DNA of 64,000 nucleotides from Escherichia coli (GTDB lineage Bacteria; Pseudomonadota; Gammaproteobacteria; Enterobacterales; Enterobacteriaceae): NCBI RefSeq assembly GCF_050320075.1, contig NZ_CP190018.1; one strand, 5' to 3'. Shown piece by piece: positions 57,789 to 64,000 of this stretch (position 1 is its first letter; each line of letters starts with the position of its first letter). The notes under the pieces were generated by a model. It saw only the letters and a program-made list of their open reading frames with translations, ran no database searches and was not told where the DNA came from. The position numbers and the translations under genes were made by a program.

Positions 57789-60700
57789 ACATATTCACGC
57801 TTTCCCTCGGTCTGGCCGTCATGCCGATGGTCGAGGCAGCACCAACCGCTCAGCAACAGTTGCTGGAGCAAGTTCGGTTAGGCGAAGCGACCCATCGTGA
57901 AGACCTGGTGCAACAGTCGTTGTATCGGCTGGAACTTATTGATCCGAATAACCCGGACGTCGTTGCCGCCCGTTTCCGTTCTCTGTTACGTCAGGGCGAT
58001 ATTGATGGCGCGCAAAAACAGCTCGATCGGCTGTCGCAGTTAGCGCCGAGTTCAAATGCGTATAAATCGTCGCGGACCACAATGTTGCTTTCCACGCCGG
58101 ATGGTCGTCAGGCACTGCAACAGGCAAGATTGCAGGCGACGACTGGTCATGCAGAAGAAGCTGTGGCGAGTTACAACAAACTGTTCAACGGTGCGCCGCC
58201 GGAAGGTGACATTGCCGTCGAGTACTGGAGTACGGTGGCGAAAATTCCGGCTCGCCGTGGCGAAGCGATTAATCAGCTAAAACGCATTAATGCGGATACG
58301 CCGGGCAATACGGGCCTGCAAAACAATCTGGCGCTATTGCTGTTTAGTAGCGATCGCCGTGACGAAGGTTTTGCCGTCCTGGAACAGATGGCGAAATCAA
58401 ACGCCGGGCGCGAAGGGGCCTCTAAAATCTGGTACGGGCAGATTAAAGACATGCCCGTCAGCGATGCCAGTGTGTCGGCGCTGAAAAAATATCTCTCGAT
58501 CTTTAGTGATGGCGATAGCGTAGCTGCGGCGCAATCGCAACTGGCAGAACAGCAAAAACAGCTGGCCGACCCTGCTTTCCGCGCTCGTGCGCAAGGTTTA
58601 GCGGCGGTGGACTCTGGTATGGCGGGTAAAGCCATTCCCGAACTACAACAGGCAGTGCGGGCGAACCCGAAAGACAGTGAGGCTCTGGGGGCGCTGGGCC
58701 AGGCGTATTCTCAGAAAGGCGATCGCGCCAATGCGGTGGCGAATCTGGAAAAAGCCCTCGCCCTGGATCCGCACAGCAGCAACAACGACAAATGGAACAG
58801 TCTCCTGAAAGTAAACCGCTACTGGCTGGCGATCCAGCAGGGCGATGCTGCGCTGAAAGCCAATAATCCTGACCGGGCAGAACGCCTGTTCCAGCAGGCG
58901 CGTAATGTCGATAACACCGACAGCTATGCAGTGCTGGGGCTGGGCGATGTGGCGATGGCGCGAAAAGATTATCCCGCCGCCGAACGTTATTATCAGCAGA
59001 CCTTGCGTATGGACAGCGGCAACACTAACGCCGTGCGCGGGCTGGCGAATATATACCGCCAGCAATCGCCAGAAAAAGCTGAAGCGTTTATCGCCTCGCT
59101 CTCTGCCAGTCAGCGGCGAAGCATTGATGATATCGAACGCAGCCTGCAAAACGACCGTCTGGCACAGCAGGCAGAGGCACTGGAAAACCAGGGCAAATGG
59201 GCGCAGGCGGCAGCACTTCAGTGGCAACGACTGGCGCTGGATCCCGGCAGCGTATGGATTACTTACCGACTTTCGCAGGATCTCTGGCAGGCCGGACAAC
59301 GCAGCCAGGCTGATACATTAATGCGCAATCTGGCACAGCAGAAGCCAAACGACCCGGAGCAGGTTTACGCTTACGGGCTGTATCTCTCTGGTCATGACCA
59401 GGACAGAGCGGCGCTGGCGCATATCAACAGCCTGCCGCGCGCGCAGTGGAGCAGCAATATTCAGGAGCTGGTTAATCGACTGCAAAGCGATCAGGTACTG
59501 GAAACCGCTAATCGCCTGCGAGAAAGCGGCAAAGAAGCTGAAGCGGAAGCGATGCTGCGCCAGCAACCACCTTCCACGCGCATAGACCTCACGCTGGCTG
59601 ACTGGGCGCAACAACGACGTGATTACACCGCCGCTCGCGCTGCATATCAGAATGTCCTGACGCGGGAGCCAACTAACGCCGATGCCATTCTTGGTCTGAC
59701 GGAAGTGGATATTGCTGCCGGTGACAAAGCGGCGGCACGTAGCCAGCTGGCGAAACTGCCCGCTACCGATAACGCCTCGCTGAACACACAGCGGCGCGTG
59801 GCGCTGGCACAGGCGCAGCTTGGCGATACCGCAGCGGCGCAGCAGACGTTTAATCAGTTGATCCCGCTGGCAAAATCTCAGCCGCCGTCGATGGAAAGTG
59901 CGATGGTGCTGCGCGACGGTGCGAAGTTTGAAGCGCGGGCGGGCGATCCAAAGCAGGCGCTGGAAACCTACAAAGACGCTATGGTCGCATCCGGTGTGAC
60001 CACGACGCGTCCGCAGGATAACGACACCTTTACCCGGCTGACCCGTAACGACGAGAAAGATGACTGGCTGAAACGCGGCGTGCGCAGCGATGCAGCGGAC
60101 CTCTATCGCCAGCAGGATCTTAACGTCACCCTTGAGCACGATTATTGGGGATCGAGCGGCACCGGTGGTTACTCCGATCTGAAAGCGCACACTACCATGT
60201 TGCAGGTGGATGCGCCGTATTCTGACGGGCGGATGTTCTTTCGCAGTGATTTCGTCAATATGAACGTCGGCAGTTTCTCCACTAATGCCGATGGCAAATG
60301 GGATGACAACTGGGGCACCTGTACATTACAAGACTGTAGCGGCAACCGCAGCCAGTCGGATTCCGGTGCCAGCGTGGCGGTCGGCTGGCGAAATGACGTC
60401 TGGAGCTGGGATATCGGCACCACGCCGATGGGCTTCAATGTGGTGGATGTGGTCGGCGGCATCAGTTACAGCGATGATATCGGGCCGCTGGGTTACACCG
60501 TTAACGCCCATCGTCGGCCCATCTCCAGTTCTTTGCTGGCCTTTGGCGGGCAAAAAGACTCCCCGAGCAATACCGGGAAAAAATGGGGCGGCGTGCGTGC
60601 CGACGGCGTGGGGCTAAGCCTGAGCTACGATAAAGGTGAAGCAAACGGCGTCTGGGCATCGCTTAGCGGTGACCAGTTAACCGGTAAAAATGTCGAAGAT

Positions 60701-61243
60701 AACTGGCGCGTGCGCTGGATGACGGGCTATTACTATAAGATCATCAACCAGAATAATCGCCGTGTGACCATTGGTCTTAACAATATGATCTGGCATTACG
60801 ACAAAGACCTGAGTGGCTACTCACTCGGTCAGGGCGGTTACTACAGCCCGCAGGAATACCTGTCGTTTGCCATACCGGTGATGTGGCGGGAGCGCACGGA
60901 AAACTGGTCGTGGGAGCTGGGGGCGTCTGGCTCGTGGTCGCATTCACGCACCAAAACCATGCCGCGTTATCCGCTGATGAATCTGATCCCGACCGACTGG
61001 CAGGAAGAAGCTGCGCGGCAATCGAACGATGGCGGCAGCAGTCAGGGCTTTGGCTACACGGCGCGGGCATTACTTGAACGACGTGTTACTTCCAACTGGT
61101 TTGTCGGCACGGCAATTGATATCCAGCAGGCGAAAGATTACGCACCCAGCCATTTCCTGCTCTACGTACGTTATTCCGCCGCCGGATGGCAGGGTGACAT
61201 GGATTTACCGCCGCAGCCGCTGATACCTTACGCCGACTGGTAA
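57770..61243 (+). CDS. bcsC: cellulose synthase outer-membrane export subunit (TPR repeats plus C-terminal beta-barrel), 1157 aa
   Basis: ORF track 57770..61243; 19-bp overlap with bcsZ. Confidence 0.9.
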
Positions 61244-61324
61244 GTTTTCAGATAGCGCCTCTCTTAATGCCGCTGCGATCGGGTATACTCGGGCGGCAAT
61301 CTGGGATTTCCGGGGGGAGACAAT

Positions 61325-63313
61325 TTGCGCGTAAGTCGCTCGTTAACAATCAAGCAGATGGCAATGGTGGCAGCCGTTGTCCTGGTGTTCGTTTTTATTT
61401 TTTGCACCGTTTTGCTGTTCCATCTGGTCCAGCAGAATCGCTATAACACGGCTACGCAACTGGAAAGCATTGCTCGCTCTGTCCGCGAACCCTTATCTTC
61501 AGCTATTTTGAAAGGCGATATTCCCGAAGCGGAAGCTATTCTTGCCAGCATTAAACCGGCAGGCGTGGTCAGCCGTGCCGATGTGGTGCTGCCCAACCAG
61601 TTCCAGGCACTGCGTAAAAGTTTTATTCCAGAGCGTCCGGTGCCGGTAATGGTTACTCGCCTGTTTGAGCTACCGGTGCAAATCTCGCTGGGCGTTTACT
61701 CGCTGGAACGTCCGGCAAACCCGCAGCCAATTGCCTATCTGGTGCTACAGGCGGATTCCTTCCGCATGTATAAGTTCGTGATGAGCACCCTCTCAACGTT
61801 AGTGACCATTTACTTACTTTTGTCGCTTATCCTGACCGTCGCCATCAGCTGGTGTATTAATCGACTGATTTTACATCCTTTACGCAATATTGCTCGCGAA
61901 CTTAACGCCATCCCAGCCCAGGAGCTTGTTGGTCACCAACTGGCATTACCGCGTCTGCATCAGGATGATGAAATCGGTATGTTGGTGCGCAGTTACAACC
62001 TCAACCAGCAATTGCTGCAGCGCCATTATGAAGAACAGAACGAAAACGCGATGCGCTTCCCGGTGTCGGATTTGCCGAACAAAGCCTTGCTGATGGAGAT
62101 GCTGGAGCAGGTTGTCGCGCGTAAACAAACCACCGCGCTGATGATCATCACCTGTGAAACCCTGCGTGATACTGCGGGCGTGCTGAAAGAGGCGCAACGA
62201 GAAATTCTGCTGCTGACGCTGGTGGAAAAACTCAAATCGGTACTGTCGCCACGTATGATCCTCGCGCAGATTAGTGGTTATGACTTTGCTGTCATTGCCA
62301 ATGGTGTACAGGAACCGTGGCACGCAATCACTTTAGGTCAGCAAGTGCTCACTATCATGAGCGAGCGCCTGCCGATTGAACGTATTCAACTCCGTCCGCA
62401 CTGTAGCATTGGCGTGGCGATGTTCTACGGCGATCTCACCGCCGAACAGCTTTACAGTCGCGCTATTTCTGCGGCATTTACCGCTCGCCATAAAGGCAAG
62501 AATCAGATTCAGTTCTTTGATCCGCAGCAGATGGAAGCCGCCCAGCAGCGGTTGACGGAAGAGAGCGATATCCTTAATGCGCTGGAAAATCATCAGTTTG
62601 CGATTTGGTTACAGCCACAGGTCGAGATGAACAGCGGTAAACTGGTCAGTGCGGAAGTGTTACTGCGTATCCAGCAACCGGATGGCAGTTGGGATCTGCC
62701 GGATGGCTTAATCGATCGCATTGAGTGCTGTGGGCTGATGGTTACCGTCGGTCACTGGGTGCTGGAAGAGTCCTGTCGATTGCTTGCAGCCTGGCAAGAG
62801 CGCGGCATTATGCTGCCCTTGTCGGTAAACCTCTCTGCGCTGCAACTGATGCACCCGAATATGGTGGCGGATATGCTGGAACTGTTAACCCGCTATCGCA
62901 TTCAGCCGGGAACACTGATTCTGGAAGTGACAGAAAGCCGACGTATTGACGACCCTCATGCTGCGGTGGCAATCCTCCGTCCGCTGCGCAATGCCGGAGT
63001 TCGGGTGGCGCTGGATGATTTCGGCATGGGCTACGCAGGGCTGCGTCAGCTGCAGCATATGAAATCGTTGCCAATCGACGTGTTAAAAATCGACAAAATG
63101 TTTGTTGAAGGCTTGCCGGAAGATAGCAGCATGATTGCTGCAATTATCATGTTGGCGCAAAGCCTGAACTTACAAATGATTGCCGAAGGCGTGGAGACTG
63201 AAGCACAACGCGACTGGCTGGCAAAAGCGGGCGTTGGTATTGCCCAGGGCTTCCTTTTTGCTCGCCCACTCCCTATTGAAATCTTCGAAGAGAGTTACCT
63301 GGAAGAAAAGTAG
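61325..63313 (+). CDS. pdeK: c-di-GMP phosphodiesterase (TM-HAMP-GGDEF-EAL), about 650-662 aa
   Basis: ORF track 61325..63313 starts at TTG; first in-frame ATG at 61358; C-terminal EAL domain. Confidence 0.85.
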   Translation: MRVSRSLTIKQMAMVAAVVLVFVFIFCTVLLFHLVQQNRYNTATQLESIARSVREPLSSAILKGDIPEAEAILASIKPAGVVSRADVVLPNQFQALRKSFIPERPVPVMVTRLFELPVQISLGVYSLERPANPQPIAYLVLQADSFRMYKFVMSTLSTLVTIYLLLSLILTVAISWCINRLILHPLRNIARELNAIPAQELVGHQLALPRLHQDDEIGMLVRSYNLNQQLLQRHYEEQNENAMRFPVSDLPNKALLMEMLEQVVARKQTTALMIITCETLRDTAGVLKEAQREILLLTLVEKLKSVLSPRMILAQISGYDFAVIANGVQEPWHAITLGQQVLTIMSERLPIERIQLRPHCSIGVAMFYGDLTAEQLYSRAISAAFTARHKGKNQIQFFDPQQMEAAQQRLTEESDILNALENHQFAIWLQPQVEMNSGKLVSAEVLLRIQQPDGSWDLPDGLIDRIECCGLMVTVGHWVLEESCRLLAAWQERGIMLPLSVNLSALQLMHPNMVADMLELLTRYRIQPGTLILEVTESRRIDDPHAAVAILRPLRNAGVRVALDDFGMGYAGLRQLQHMKSLPIDVLKIDKMFVEGLPEDSSMIAAIIMLAQSLNLQMIAEGVETEAQRDWLAKAGVGIAQGFLFARPLPIEIFEESYLEEK

Positions 63314-63459
63314 CTACCCCAAACTGATTACAAAACTTTAAAAAGTGCTGGTTTGTGCGAGCCAGCTCAAACTTTTTAACCTTTTTGTTTCAATTATGAT
63401 CCAGGTACATTTCTGTGATGTTGTCTGGGTGTTATTTTAAGGCCGCAGGTACCCCATAA

Positions 63460-64000
<541 letters not shown>

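Noticed and set aside
59318-60190. 290-aa minus-strand ORF
   Set aside because: Antisense to bcsC; GC-rich shadow frame with no start context.

Overview
This 64-kb window is a contiguous stretch of Escherichia coli core chromosome (roughly the 79-80 min region), colinear with the K-12 segment dctA...yiaO but reversed relative to the K-12 map. Gene order left to right: yiaO (N-terminal fragment), yiaNMLK (2,3-diketo-L-gulonate TRAP transporter and reductase), yiaJ, ysaA, avtA, malS, bax, xylR, xylHGF / xylAB, IS1, wecH, ysaB, glyQS, IS150, hokA, cspA, yiaG, yiaF, ghrB, yiaD, bisC, yiaC-tag, yhjY, yhjX, eptB, tRNA-Pro(CGG) proK, dppABCDF, yhjV, a tandem ldr/rdl type I toxin-antitoxin array, the cellulose cluster bcsGFE / bcsRQABZC, pdeK and the start of dctA. 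Essentially every long ORF is accounted for by a known gene. I do not see a multi-gene cassette that looks like an undescribed defence, secretion or biosynthetic system, and I will not invent one. The unusual content is: (i) three tandem LDR-D-type ldr/rdl units where I recall a single copy in K-12; (ii) a 168-bp tandem repeat anchored on the last 19 nt of proK; (iii) an IS1 without target-site duplication sitting where yiaA-yiaB are expected; (iv) an IS150 with a 3-bp AAG duplication immediately upstream of hokA; (v) an intact bcsQ codon 6. Gene identities come from recognising the translated ORFs and from remembered K-12 gene order, not from any database search. Several ORF-track starts were moved to internal ATGs that match known N-termini.
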